From Bacteriovoracaceae bacterium (GTDB lineage: Bacteria; Bdellovibrionota; Bacteriovoracia; Bacteriovoracales; Bacteriovoracaceae), in NCBI GenBank assembly GCA_048270185.1, contig JBLWTJ010000003.1, forward strand, positions 336,990 to 400,989: a stretch of 64,000 bases of DNA, given 5' to 3'. The translations under genes were made by a program, and so were the position numbers. The first letter of the stretch is position 1. Every line of letters begins with the position of its first letter. Below are positions 1 through 9,534 of this stretch, piece after piece. The notes beneath the pieces were generated by a model. That model ran no database searches. It worked only from the letters and a program-made list of their open reading frames with translations, and was not told the DNA's origin.

Positions 1-828
1 TTCAATACATCCACCTTGATCAACAGCAATATCAACAACTACAGATCCTTTTTCCATTTTAGAGATCATCTCTCTTGTTACTAGTTTTGGAGCTTTTGCA
101 CCTGGAACTAGAACTGCACCAATAACAAGATCTGAGTCTTGTACTGATTTCTCAATATTTTCGATATTTGAGAATAGAGTTGTGATTCTGTTATCAAATA
201 GGTCATCAAGTTCAGCAAGACGCTTAGTTGATAGATCGATTGCAGTTACATCTGCACCCATACCCATGGCCATCTTAATTGCGTTAGTTCCAGCAACACC
301 ACATCCGATAACAGTTACTTTTGCTCTTCTTGTTCCCGGTACACCACCAAGAAGAATACCTTTTCCTCCGTGATCTAGTTGAAGGTAAGCAGCACCAATT
401 TGAGTTGCCATTCTACCTGCAACTTCTGACATAGGAGTTAGAAGAGGAAGTGAACCATCAGCTGGTTGAATTGTTTCATAGGCAATACAAGTTGATCCTG
501 ACTCCATAAGGCCTCGAGTTTGTGGCTCGTCAGCTGCAAGGTGTAGGTATGTGTAAAGAATATGGTGTGGTTTTAAAAGAGCGATCTCTCTTGGTTGAGG
601 CTCTTTAACTTTAATGATCATTGTTGATTTTTCAAATACTTCTTCAAGTGATGGAAGAATCTTAGCTCCCGCTTGAATATATTGTTCGTCGTCAATACCG
701 ATTCCAACACCAGCATTTGTTTCAACATATACTTCGTGACCGTCGTGGATAAGTTGTCTTACACCACCTGGAACAAGTCCTACACGGTTTTCGTTATTTT
801 TAATTTCCTTTGGAACACCAATAATCAT
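1..828 (-). CDS. ald: Alanine dehydrogenase (3' end runs off the window)
   Basis: Not in ORF track. Manual translation from ATG at 828 gives [23 protein letters not shown]..., [18 protein letters not shown] and GCGVAG (NAD binding); GGAG RBS upstream. Confidence 0.95.
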   Translation of the reverse strand, partial: MIIGVPKEIKNNENRVGLVPGGVRQLIHDGHEVYVETNAGVGIGIDDEQYIQAGAKILPSLEEVFEKSTMIIKVKEPQPREIALLKPHHILYTYLHLAADEPQTRGLMESGSTCIAYETIQPADGSLPLLTPMSEVAGRMATQIGAAYLQLDHGGKGILLGGVPGTRRAKVTVIGCGVAGTNAIKMAMGMGADVTAIDLSTKRLAELDDLFDNRITTLFSNIENIEKSVQDSDLVIGAVLVPGAKAPKLVTREMISKMEKGSVVVDIAVDQGGCIE

Positions 829-914
829 ACAAACTCCAAATTGCTTTGAGGGCGTTAAAATACTAAAAAATTAATGAGCAGAATATAAATGTTTTCACTT
901 GCTATTACAATCAA

Positions 915-1703
915 TTATCCATTGATTTTCAGGCCATCATAGGCAACTTTGACGTTTCCTGATGGAAAATGATCATCACATAATTGTTGCAGATAGTCGT
1001 GTTCAAGCTCATGGCCCATGTGTGTCAAATAATTATTCTTTGCTCCAATTGCTTTGATATACTTGAAGCATTTTTCAACATTTAGGTGAGTTCGATGCGG
1101 CTGCTCTCTTACACAGTCAATTATTAAATTATTGAGATTCAAATCTCTTAGACTAGACACTACTTCTTCAGGGATTTCATGGCAGTCAGAGATGATTGCT
1201 ACTCCATGAGTTGTCATTCCAAGAGAGAAGCCATTACCGTGGGGGAGTTTGAAAAAGCGACATTCTAAGCCTTTTATATTTACAGGCATAGATATATCTA
1301 ATTCATTAAGATTAACTTGAGGCCTCGTTCCAATATGATCAGCGTCCTGTTTAATGATGTAGCTAAAGCGATGCTTGATAACTGCCGCGCATTCTTGCGA
1401 AGTATAAAGGTCAATTGGTCGGGTAAATGTATAAGGCCTGATATCATCAATTCCATTAAGGTGATCTGCGTGAGCGTGTGATATAATGACAGCATCTAAT
1501 TGCAGGATATTTTCTCTAAGCATTTGAGCACGAATATCAGGGCCAGTATCATAGACGATATTATTACCCTCAAATTGCAATAAGAATGAGGTACGTAAAC
1601 GGGTGTTTAATGGATTAGCACTGGTACATACATGACATTGACAGCCAAGCATTGGCAGTCCTGTACTAGTTCCTGTTCCTAAGAATGTCATTGATAATTT
1701 CAT
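915..1703 (-). CDS. MBL-fold metallo-hydrolase, PhnP-like phosphodiesterase
   Basis: FLGTGTS..P..GCxCxxC N-terminus, HAHADH metal motif, THMGH. Confidence 0.85.
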   Translation of the reverse strand: MKLSMTFLGTGTSTGLPMLGCQCHVCTSANPLNTRLRTSFLLQFEGNNIVYDTGPDIRAQMLRENILQLDAVIISHAHADHLNGIDDIRPYTFTRPIDLYTSQECAAVIKHRFSYIIKQDADHIGTRPQVNLNELDISMPVNIKGLECRFFKLPHGNGFSLGMTTHGVAIISDCHEIPEEVVSSLRDLNLNNLIIDCVREQPHRTHLNVEKCFKYIKAIGAKNNYLTHMGHELEHDYLQQLCDDHFPSGNVKVAYDGLKING

Positions 1704-1766
1704 AAGTTTATATTGCCAAGAAATTTATAACTTTTTAAGCTATTTATATTAACTTTTATTGGAGAT

Positions 1767-3146
1767 TTGATGTTTAAAACAATTAACTTCTTAATTATTT
1801 TAGCACTTGTTTCGTGTTCATCAATGAATAACGAAAATGTGGCAGAACAGGAGCTGGATCTTGCCTCACTTGAGCTTAATATTAATGTACAAAAACACAC
1901 TTTAAAAAATGGACTACGTCTTCTCTTAGTTCGCGACTCAAAGCTTCCAATTGCTTCAATTTATACTTTCTACGACGTTGGTGGACGATATGAAAAAGAA
2001 GGTACGACGGGAGCGACTCACTTTCTTGAGCACATGATGTTTAAAAAGACGAAGAATTTCCCTGCAGAGCACTTTTCAGATTATATTGAAACATATGGTG
2101 GTAATTCTAACGCCTATACAACTTTTGATAATACTGTTTACTACGAAAATATTGCAGCAGTAACTGTTGAGCAGATGATCGCGCTTGAAGCTGAGAGAAT
2201 GCAAAACCTTGTTCTTGAAGAAGTTCCTTTTGAAAAAGAAAGAAAAGTCGTTCTTGAAGAAAGAAAAATGCGTTACGAAAATAAGCCAAGTGGAAAAATC
2301 CATCTTGCCATGATGAAGTCGATTTTCAAGGGAACACCATATGGTGGATCTGTCATTGGAGATGCTAAAGATGTTGAGGCCCTAAAGCGTGACCAAATGA
2401 TGGAGTTTTACAAGGACTTCTATGCTCCAAATAACGCCATTATGGTCGTAGTTGGTGATATTGATCCATCAGCAATACTTTCTAAAGCAGAAGATACAAT
2501 TGGAAAGATTTCAAAAAATACAAAATTAGAAGAGAAAAAGTCAAAGCTTGATAACTCAAAACACTATGTGAAATCAGTTAAGCTTCCTGTGGTTAAAAAC
2601 CTAAAGGGTCAATCGAAGAATCCGATGTTTCGTCTAGCTTTTCCGGCCGTTAGTGTAACACATGAAGATTCTTATGCTCTGGATTTCTTATCTGATATCT
2701 TAGGAACAGGGACAAGCTCTTATCTTGTTAAAAACTACGTTGTATCAAAGTACCCAAGACTCTCAAGTGTTTTTTCTTATAATTATGGGTTAAAGAATGG
2801 AGGAGTTTTTGTTGTGGGTGGAGAGCTTCTACCAAGAGTTAGCATTAATTCAACTAAAGAGGCTCTATTAAAGTCTTTGAAGAAAGCCTGTGATAAGGCC
2901 ATCACTCCACGTGCAGTTCAAAAAACAAAGAACTTACTTCTCAAGCAATACTATTCTTCAATTTCAACAAATGATGGACTGGCCAGCTTCTTAGGTTCAA
3001 CTGAGTTCTTCTATGGTGATTACAAGGAGTACAAGAAGCAGCTTAAGAGCTATAGTGATATGAATGTTGAGAAAGTTAAGGCCGTATGTGAGCGTTATAT
3101 TTCAAAAAATCAATATGCTTTCTTATCAATTTGGGATCGTAATTAA
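1767..3146 (+). CDS. M16B zinc peptidase, catalytic subunit, probable lipoprotein
   Basis: HFLEH inverzincin motif, NAYTTFD; LVSC lipobox. Confidence 0.9.
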   Translation: MMFKTINFLIILALVSCSSMNNENVAEQELDLASLELNINVQKHTLKNGLRLLLVRDSKLPIASIYTFYDVGGRYEKEGTTGATHFLEHMMFKKTKNFPAEHFSDYIETYGGNSNAYTTFDNTVYYENIAAVTVEQMIALEAERMQNLVLEEVPFEKERKVVLEERKMRYENKPSGKIHLAMMKSIFKGTPYGGSVIGDAKDVEALKRDQMMEFYKDFYAPNNAIMVVVGDIDPSAILSKAEDTIGKISKNTKLEEKKSKLDNSKHYVKSVKLPVVKNLKGQSKNPMFRLAFPAVSVTHEDSYALDFLSDILGTGTSSYLVKNYVVSKYPRLSSVFSYNYGLKNGGVFVVGGELLPRVSINSTKEALLKSLKKACDKAITPRAVQKTKNLLLKQYYSSISTNDGLASFLGSTEFFYGDYKEYKKQLKSYSDMNVEKVKAVCERYISKNQYAFLSIWDRN

Positions 3147-3148
3147 GG

Positions 3149-4540
3149 ATGAATACAATGTTAAAATTATTTAAAAATATATTTCTGATAAGCTCTATTG
3201 TTTCGACAAGTGTAATGGCCAATGAATTGGTTGATAATATTGAAAAGAGGCAATGGGATAATATCGATGTAACTTACTTAGAAGATAATAAGTTTCCTAC
3301 TTATAATGTTACGATCTACTTTGCTGATGGCGCTATCAAAGATGGGCGAGTTAAGGGTGTGACAAGTATGATGTTTAATCTACTTGAAAGTGGAACGAAT
3401 CGTTTTAGTCTTAATGAGATTGCTGATAATCTTGAGTACTATGGAGTTTCAACAAGCTCTGATGTGACACACGAGTACTCACGATATAGTTTCTCTGGTC
3501 TTGCAAAAGATATTATTCCAACAACAAAGAAAATTTGTCATATTTTTAGAGACGCAATTTATCCAAAGAAAGAGTTGGATAAGGCCAAGAAAGCAATGAT
3601 GGCCCAAAGACAAAATCTTGTTTCAAATCACGGTCAACTTTCTGCCACCGCTTTCAGAGATATTAGTCTTAGAGGAACTCCTTATGTTTCTGATGTTAAA
3701 GGAAGACTCAATGACCTTAAGAGAATGAGAAATAAGTACCTTCAAGATCGTCTAAGCTACTTTAGAAATGATGTTAAAAAGAAGGTTTATATAACTGGTC
3801 CAAGATCAATTTTAAAAATTAAGAATATCATCACAAAAGAATGTGGATTTAACACAAGCGCTAGTTTTGTTCGCTCTGTTGATACTTCTTCTAAGAAACT
3901 CGTTCAATTTACAAAGAAGCCAATTATTCACTTTGTGGAAGTTCCTAAGGCCAATCAAGCACAGCTTAAGGCCGGTGTTTTCATCGCTAAAAACCAAGAT
4001 CCTGGTTTTGAGAACTTAGAGTTTATGTCTCAATATCTTGGTGGTGGATTCACTTCAATTCTTGTTAAAGAGCTTAGAACAAAGAGAGGGCTTACATATT
4101 CAGCATGGGCAACTGCCGGTATGCAAAAGGATTATGGACGATCGATTCTTTCAACTTTTACAAAGCGTGAAACGGTTAATACTCTTGTCGAAGAAGTTCT
4201 AAAAATTCTCAAAGATAATTCTCAAGCTGAAACAGTCAGTATGGATGAAATTGTAAAGGTGAGAAAGGCCGTAAAAGGTGGTTTTGCTTTTCAATTCCAA
4301 AAGCCTTCAAGCTTTATGAGTCAATTAGTTAGTCTTGATCATACAGGGCTTGATTTAAAGAGATTTATTAATTACACAAGTTATGTTGATAAGATCTCAC
4401 AAGAAGATATAGCTAAAACTGTTTATTCAGCTTTTCCTTACGATAAGGTGGTACTTGTTGTCCTAGGTGACAAGAAGATGAAGAAGTCACTTCAGAAGAT
4501 TGGAACAGTTAAAACATATTCTTATAAAAGTTTTCTTTAA
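3149..4540 (+). CDS. M16B peptidase, non-catalytic partner subunit
   Basis: Lacks HxxEH but has LGGG..S.L..ELR.KRGLTY motif; signal peptide; 2 bp from the catalytic partner. Confidence 0.85.
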   Translation: MNTMLKLFKNIFLISSIVSTSVMANELVDNIEKRQWDNIDVTYLEDNKFPTYNVTIYFADGAIKDGRVKGVTSMMFNLLESGTNRFSLNEIADNLEYYGVSTSSDVTHEYSRYSFSGLAKDIIPTTKKICHIFRDAIYPKKELDKAKKAMMAQRQNLVSNHGQLSATAFRDISLRGTPYVSDVKGRLNDLKRMRNKYLQDRLSYFRNDVKKKVYITGPRSILKIKNIITKECGFNTSASFVRSVDTSSKKLVQFTKKPIIHFVEVPKANQAQLKAGVFIAKNQDPGFENLEFMSQYLGGGFTSILVKELRTKRGLTYSAWATAGMQKDYGRSILSTFTKRETVNTLVEEVLKILKDNSQAETVSMDEIVKVRKAVKGGFAFQFQKPSSFMSQLVSLDHTGLDLKRFINYTSYVDKISQEDIAKTVYSAFPYDKVVLVVLGDKKMKKSLQKIGTVKTYSYKSFL

Positions 4541-4544
4541 TGAC

Positions 4545-4574
4545 AAAAAAAGGGTAAGGCTTGGCCTTACCCTT
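4545..4574 (-). terminator. Intrinsic terminator between convergent genes
   Basis: AAGGGTAAGGC-TTG-GCCTTACCCTT stem with an A-tract on the left (U-tract on the minus strand). Confidence 0.8.
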
Positions 4575-4612
4575 ATTCAAATTTTTATTTCTTAAATAAT
4601 TTTAGACTTTAA

Positions 4613-4951
4613 CTAAGACTCGAGAGTATGCCCTTGCATATTAACCTTTGCGCCAGGTGCAATGTTAATGAGCTTGGCAACGATTTGGCCTTTGACACTT
4701 CCTGTAGGGTAGACTTTGACACGTCCTTGCGATGTAATATCACCTATAACTTCACCGTAAATATTAAGATCACCACAACGGATACGACCTTCAATACGCC
4801 CTTGTGGCTCGATTGTTAATTGATGTGATTCTTCGATTTGAATATCACCCTCAATCGTTGCACAAATATGAGTTGGACCTTGGAGAGTAATATCTCCTTT
4901 AATAACTGACCCAATACCAACGAAGCTAAAGTTCTGATCTCTTAAATCCAT
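4613..4951 (-). CDS. Bactofilin (polymer-forming cytoskeletal protein)
   Basis: IG.G..IKGDI...G..I...IEGDI beta-helix repeats ending I.PGA.V..; 112 aa. Confidence 0.9.
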   Translation of the reverse strand: MDLRDQNFSFVGIGSVIKGDITLQGPTHICATIEGDIQIEESHQLTIEPQGRIEGRIRCGDLNIYGEVIGDITSQGRVKVYPTGSVKGQIVAKLINIAPGAKVNMQGHTLES

Positions 4952-5680
4952 CTATTTAATCTCTTCTCTGAATAATTGTTGGTGAACAATATCTCCAAGA
5001 CGATTGAAGATGAAAACCTTAAACATTACAGTGTTGTTCTTTGGCATATCAAATTTGGCCGTCACAGGACGGAACCTTGAAGTGGCAAAAGACTCACCCT
5101 TTGTGTAGTTAAGTGAGAAGTTTCTGATTGAGTCTCCACCTTCAGGGTAGTGGAAGTAGTTATTTCCATCAAAGAGGAAGATGTGAATATAACCAGAAAC
5201 TTTATTATTATTCTGTGTGATATTGATGATATTAAAACTTAGCTCTGCCTTAGAAGCATTCTTAACAACTTTAAGGTCTTCTAGTTTAATACTTGCAGGA
5301 CTTGTTAAATCTTTTTGTCCTTTAACTGGAGCAATAATATTAAGTGAACTAGCACTCGCCGCACTAATTGTTTCATTTGAAAGTCGGTTTGTTAGGTCGA
5401 GGTTTAATGTTGTAAGCTCTGTATTCTTTTGGCCTAGAGTAGCATTAACATCTCTTAGCTCTTTGATTATTAATGGCTCCTTGGCCTTGATAAGCTTTTC
5501 AATATTCTTAGTATAAAAGTAAGAACCAGCGAGCGCAAAAATTGAAAAGATTGTCAGAATAACCGGAACATAAAGTATGGCCTTATACTCGCCAGGTGAT
5601 AGCTGTAAGTAGCGTGGAACTTTATTATTTTCATATAAAATGAAAGATAGATTATTCTTTTGCTTAGATTGAGTCGACAT
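4952..5680 (-). CDS. Bitopic membrane protein (short cytoplasmic N-tail, TM helix, coiled coil, beta-rich periplasmic domain)
   Basis: Hydrophobic ILYVPVILTIFSIFALAGSYFY followed by a heptad-like stretch; abuts the bactofilin gene. Confidence 0.7.
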   Translation of the reverse strand: MSTQSKQKNNLSFILYENNKVPRYLQLSPGEYKAILYVPVILTIFSIFALAGSYFYTKNIEKLIKAKEPLIIKELRDVNATLGQKNTELTTLNLDLTNRLSNETISAASASSLNIIAPVKGQKDLTSPASIKLEDLKVVKNASKAELSFNIINITQNNNKVSGYIHIFLFDGNNYFHYPEGGDSIRNFSLNYTKGESFATSRFRPVTAKFDMPKNNTVMFKVFIFNRLGDIVHQQLFREEIK

Positions 5681-5690
5681 TAATTACCTT

Positions 5691-6752
5691 TTAATTTTCA
5701 CTATATGGTCTCGTTAAAGTGAGATTTAGAGTAAAAATTTGTTTTGGGTCTTGAGAAGTGAAAAACCTCTGACTTGGCTCAAAGCTTAAGTGTTCTCTCT
5801 CATTTGTGATATCCATTGGGATACGTTGCCATCTTTCAGCAACAATCTTCCACTTGTAGTATGGATCACGCTTTAAGTAGAGTGTTTTCTTACCAATGTC
5901 ATTAATTGTATTACTTGTATAATCTTGTTTAAAAGTTACCACTACATAATCATCGGCCTTAAGTACTGTTAAGTCAGTTATTTTGATTGTCGGTGTTCCT
6001 GGATTTGAAAAGACTGCCTTCTTGTATTGAGCAAATGTATTGTATCGGCCTCTAGCAGGGTCTTCAAATTCAGTTCTTGAGTAGTGGCTTAAGTAGTTTT
6101 CAATATTCTCTGTTGCCCAAGCTGTTGACCAGCCCTCAACTGTTTCTAGGATCTCTTCTTTTTCTTTCTTCCAAGTTTCTTTATTGAAGAATTTTAGATT
6201 GTGGACAACAACGATGCTTGTCTTATTAAGCTCAATATATTTTGAGATATCAATTAGATTTACATTGTGAGCAACAAGACAACCTTTTGAGTCTAGCCCT
6301 TTATCAATTCTTGGCTCATTATCTGTTGAGTGAAGCCAAATGCCGCCGCCAGTTTTTCCTTGTGCTTTATCGATTGGGTTAGGGTAGTTGAGAACAAATG
6401 CACCAACACCGTATTGTGCCCCAAGTTCACCGTGTCTTTTAATCAGATCTTTATGGTCGAGAAATTGATTAAAACTATAAACGCCTTCTGGTGTGCGACG
6501 ATCTCCTTGAAAAGATTTATTTCCTACTTTTTGACCTGTGGCCATTTGGTAAGTCTTGATTAGGCGAGGCATGCCTTCGTTATTTTCATAAAGGTAGAGA
6601 GTATGAGTTGATTTTTCAGCGACGATTATGTGATGCGCGAAATAATCATTTAAGAGAAGTAAATTCGAAGGTAGAAACTCTTTACCATGGGCCTGCCAAG
6701 ATAGAAGAGAAACTAAGAAGGTAGTTGATAAAATTAATATTTTTTTAATCAT
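5691..6752 (-). CDS. L,D-transpeptidase/LD-carboxypeptidase (YkuD) with C-terminal NTF2-like domain (Csd6/Pgp2/Bd1075-like)
   Basis: GDRRTPEGVY, LNYPN..D, GGGIWLHS...SKGC; C-terminal W..AW...Y..Y...F.Q.Y.S....D.G.K.L.....WKI..E pattern; signal peptide. Confidence 0.85.
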   Translation of the reverse strand: MIKKILILSTTFLVSLLSWQAHGKEFLPSNLLLLNDYFAHHIIVAEKSTHTLYLYENNEGMPRLIKTYQMATGQKVGNKSFQGDRRTPEGVYSFNQFLDHKDLIKRHGELGAQYGVGAFVLNYPNPIDKAQGKTGGGIWLHSTDNEPRIDKGLDSKGCLVAHNVNLIDISKYIELNKTSIVVVHNLKFFNKETWKKEKEEILETVEGWSTAWATENIENYLSHYSRTEFEDPARGRYNTFAQYKKAVFSNPGTPTIKITDLTVLKADDYVVVTFKQDYTSNTINDIGKKTLYLKRDPYYKWKIVAERWQRIPMDITNEREHLSFEPSQRFFTSQDPKQIFTLNLTLTRPYSEN

Positions 6753-6976
6753 GAGAAGCCTTTTTAATTATAACTACCTAATATTGTAGAACATTTCTTT
6801 ACTACTTCTCAAGTCTAAAGCGAGAAATTTCCAAATAATATCCGATAAAATAACTTTACGCGTTGTAAATACTTAACTTTTTTCAAAAAAAGGCGAAAAG
6901 GAGAGGGTAAGACAGTGAATTATAGGCTCATTTAAATAAATTTAATGAGTATTTTGGGAGCCTATTGGGGAAAAAT

Positions 6977-8560
6977 ATGTCAGCAGAAAAGAAACATGAC
7001 GAAGAATTGATGGCACAAAGTGACAAAATTCAGAGTGCAGTTGATGATGCACTTGGAATTGAAGACAGTGATGCTCAAGAAGCAACATCACTTACACTCG
7101 TGGATACCAATGTCGATTTCTCTGAACTCAATAGTGAAGCTAGCTCTCCTGAAGATGAAGGGATTGAGCTTAATTTCGATGACGATATGTCAATTGACCT
7201 TTGTGGTGAAGAAGACGAAGTAGTAAATGCACCAGTTGATGCCGAGTCACCTTCTGATCTCGACCTGGATATGTCTGCCAGTATAACAATTAATCTTGCT
7301 GAAGATGGAGATGAGATTGAAAACTTGTCACAAGATGTTGGAAGTGATGATCTCGACCTCGATAATAATCCAATCATTGTTGAATCTAAAGAAGAATCAG
7401 CTGCAGAAGTATTAGAAGCATCAGGTGATCTCGATGAGGACTTTGAAGATTTTGACGATCTGGATATGTCTGCTGAACTTGATGATGAACTCGATGATTT
7501 AGATGGTGCGCTCGATGACTTAGGCGATCTTGATGATCTTGATATGTCTGCTGAACTCGATGATGACTTAGGTGATGATCTTGATGTTAGTCTAGATGAT
7601 GATCTAGGTGACGACCTTGATATGAGTCTTGATGATGTTAGTGATGATCTTGACGATATGATAGAAGAAGAAACAGGTGAGGTTGAGGCCGAACTTTTTG
7701 CTGAGCCTGCTGAGCCTGCTGAAGATGATGGGCCAGAAGATACCCTTGCCGCTCTTGATGGTATGGTGGATGAAACACCTGCACCAGCTCCAGTGGAAGA
7801 GATGACAATGACGGCGGTATCATCAACTGATGAAACAGTATCGATGGATCTTCCTGATGAATTTGTAACACCTGCAGCTTCGGCTACACCTGCTGCTAGC
7901 GCTCAAATGAGTGGGGCCAATATTAACTTTAACCCAGGTCATATTTTATCTTCTTTAAGTGAAGAACAACTTCTCGATTTAAGAGTGACGGTTAATGAGT
8001 TAAAAACTGATCGTGTTAATTTATTAAATGAAATAAATGAATTAAGAGCAATGGTTGAGATTATCAAAAGAGAGAATCTTAATGTGAAGGCCGAAGCTGA
8101 TGAAAAGCAAATTGAGCTTTCAATTGCACGCAAGCGCCACGCTCTTGAACTAGAAGATACAAAAGCACTACTTGATAATTACAAGCATGGGCTAGAATTA
8201 AGTGAAGCAAAGAATAAGGCGTTAAGAGAAGAGATTGATCAAGTTGCCATTCGTCTAAATCATGGGCATTCAAATACTAGGGCCCGTGAACAAGAACTAG
8301 AAAGTCAGTTAGAATTGATGGCCATTGATTCAGATAATAAGATCAAGGCCCGTGATGAGAAAATCTTAGAACTTAAAAGAAAGATTGATACGCTAGAATT
8401 TAATATGGAAAATATTTCAATTAATGAGCGTCAAGCACGTAAAGAGAAGAGGCTTGCAGATCAAAAACTTGAACGCTTAGTAAATAATCTACGCGGCTCT
8501 TTAAGTGTTGTGTCAGATACACTAGAATTAGATGACACAGAAATTGATGTGGAGAATTAG
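6977..8560 (+). CDS. Highly acidic low-complexity N-terminal region plus C-terminal coiled coil, function unknown
   Basis: ORF track 6965..8560 (TTG); ATG at 6977 is the more likely start. D/E/L-rich repeats, then about 200 aa of heptad pattern. Confidence 0.8.
   Translation: MSAEKKHDEELMAQSDKIQSAVDDALGIEDSDAQEATSLTLVDTNVDFSELNSEASSPEDEGIELNFDDDMSIDLCGEEDEVVNAPVDAESPSDLDLDMSASITINLAEDGDEIENLSQDVGSDDLDLDNNPIIVESKEESAAEVLEASGDLDEDFEDFDDLDMSAELDDELDDLDGALDDLGDLDDLDMSAELDDDLGDDLDVSLDDDLGDDLDMSLDDVSDDLDDMIEEETGEVEAELFAEPAEPAEDDGPEDTLAALDGMVDETPAPAPVEEMTMTAVSSTDETVSMDLPDEFVTPAASATPAASAQMSGANINFNPGHILSSLSEEQLLDLRVTVNELKTDRVNLLNEINELRAMVEIIKRENLNVKAEADEKQIELSIARKRHALELEDTKALLDNYKHGLELSEAKNKALREEIDQVAIRLNHGHSNTRAREQELESQLELMAIDSDNKIKARDEKILELKRKIDTLEFNMENISINERQARKEKRLADQKLERLVNNLRGSLSVVSDTLELDDTEIDVEN
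7430..7660 (+). repeat. Intragenic degenerate repeats encoding DDLD[M/V]S(A/L)xLDD
   Basis: GATATGTCTGCTGAACT occurs exactly at 7463-7479 and 7541-7557; further GATGATCT-type units nearby. Confidence 0.75.
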
Positions 8561-8568
8561 AAATTAAT

Positions 8569-9531
8569 ATGTTGGAAAAACAATACGAATCCCTATTAAA
8601 CTTTATTTGCGAGAACTTAGAAGAGCAAAACTTTAATATAATTTTAAAGTCTTTTCGCGATTTTATTCGACGTGAGTTTGACTCTAAAACTCCACTTGTT
8701 TTTGCAACTCTAATGGGAGACTCTGCAAGTCCAATTATTCGTGATTTCTATAATAATAAAATTGAAGATGAATATCCCAAAAAAGCCTATCAGGAAATTA
8801 TGGGGGCCCTCAAGTGTCAAAAGACTTCTTTTGAAATAGAAGGTGAGAGTTATCGAATTCTTGATGTTGGATTTAATGGTAGTCAAAATCTCTATATTGT
8901 TTTAGCAGGAGAGTTCTCTGCTCCAATCATTAGGCAAATTGAAAACTACATCCAATCAAAATTTAAAAGCTTACTAGAGATTAAAGAATTAAAGCGTCTA
9001 CAATCATTGGCCCATGTTGATGATGTCACAGGACTTTATAATCAACGTAAGTTTAAAAGTGATATTGAAGCTTCAATTAGAGAGTATGAGGCCCTTGAGC
9101 GATCATTTTCTTTAATCTTCATTGATATCGATTTTTTTAAAAGTATTAATGACGGCCATGGACACCTCATTGGAACAAGTTTATTAAACCAAGTTGCTCA
9201 ATCAATTAAGGCCACTGTAAGAGAGGATGATCTCTGTTATCGCTATGGTGGAGATGAGTTTGTTGTCTTGGCACCATATTCAAGTCTTGAAGATGCAAAG
9301 CATATTGGTCAGCGTATTCTAAGCCGTGTTAAGTCGACTGTTTATAAGATTGAAGCTGATCTAGAAATTAATTCTCACGAAGATGAAGATGTCCAATTAA
9401 GTGTCTCCATCGGTGTGGCCAATTATCCTACTAATGCTTCAAGTCGAAATGAAATTATCGGAATGGCCGATAAAATGATGTATGAAGCAAAAAAGTCTGG
9501 ACGTGGCAAAGTCTGTGTTGCAGACTCTTAA
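8569..9531 (+). CDS. Diguanylate cyclase
   Basis: DDVTGLYN, DIDFFKSIND..GH..G, intact GGDEF with RxxD I-site (REDD) five residues upstream. Confidence 0.93.
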   Translation: MLEKQYESLLNFICENLEEQNFNIILKSFRDFIRREFDSKTPLVFATLMGDSASPIIRDFYNNKIEDEYPKKAYQEIMGALKCQKTSFEIEGESYRILDVGFNGSQNLYIVLAGEFSAPIIRQIENYIQSKFKSLLEIKELKRLQSLAHVDDVTGLYNQRKFKSDIEASIREYEALERSFSLIFIDIDFFKSINDGHGHLIGTSLLNQVAQSIKATVREDDLCYRYGGDEFVVLAPYSSLEDAKHIGQRILSRVKSTVYKIEADLEINSHEDEDVQLSVSIGVANYPTNASSRNEIIGMADKMMYEAKKSGRGKVCVADS

Positions 9532-9534
9532 AAT

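Noticed and set aside
182..373. 63-aa plus-strand ORF
   Set aside because: Antisense shadow of ald.
6822..6848. TCCGATAA as a sigma28 -10 element upstream of the acidic protein
   Set aside because: No TAAA/TAAG at the required spacing.
7430..7660. Repeats as a CRISPR array
   Set aside because: In-frame, degenerate, no unique spacers and no cas genes.
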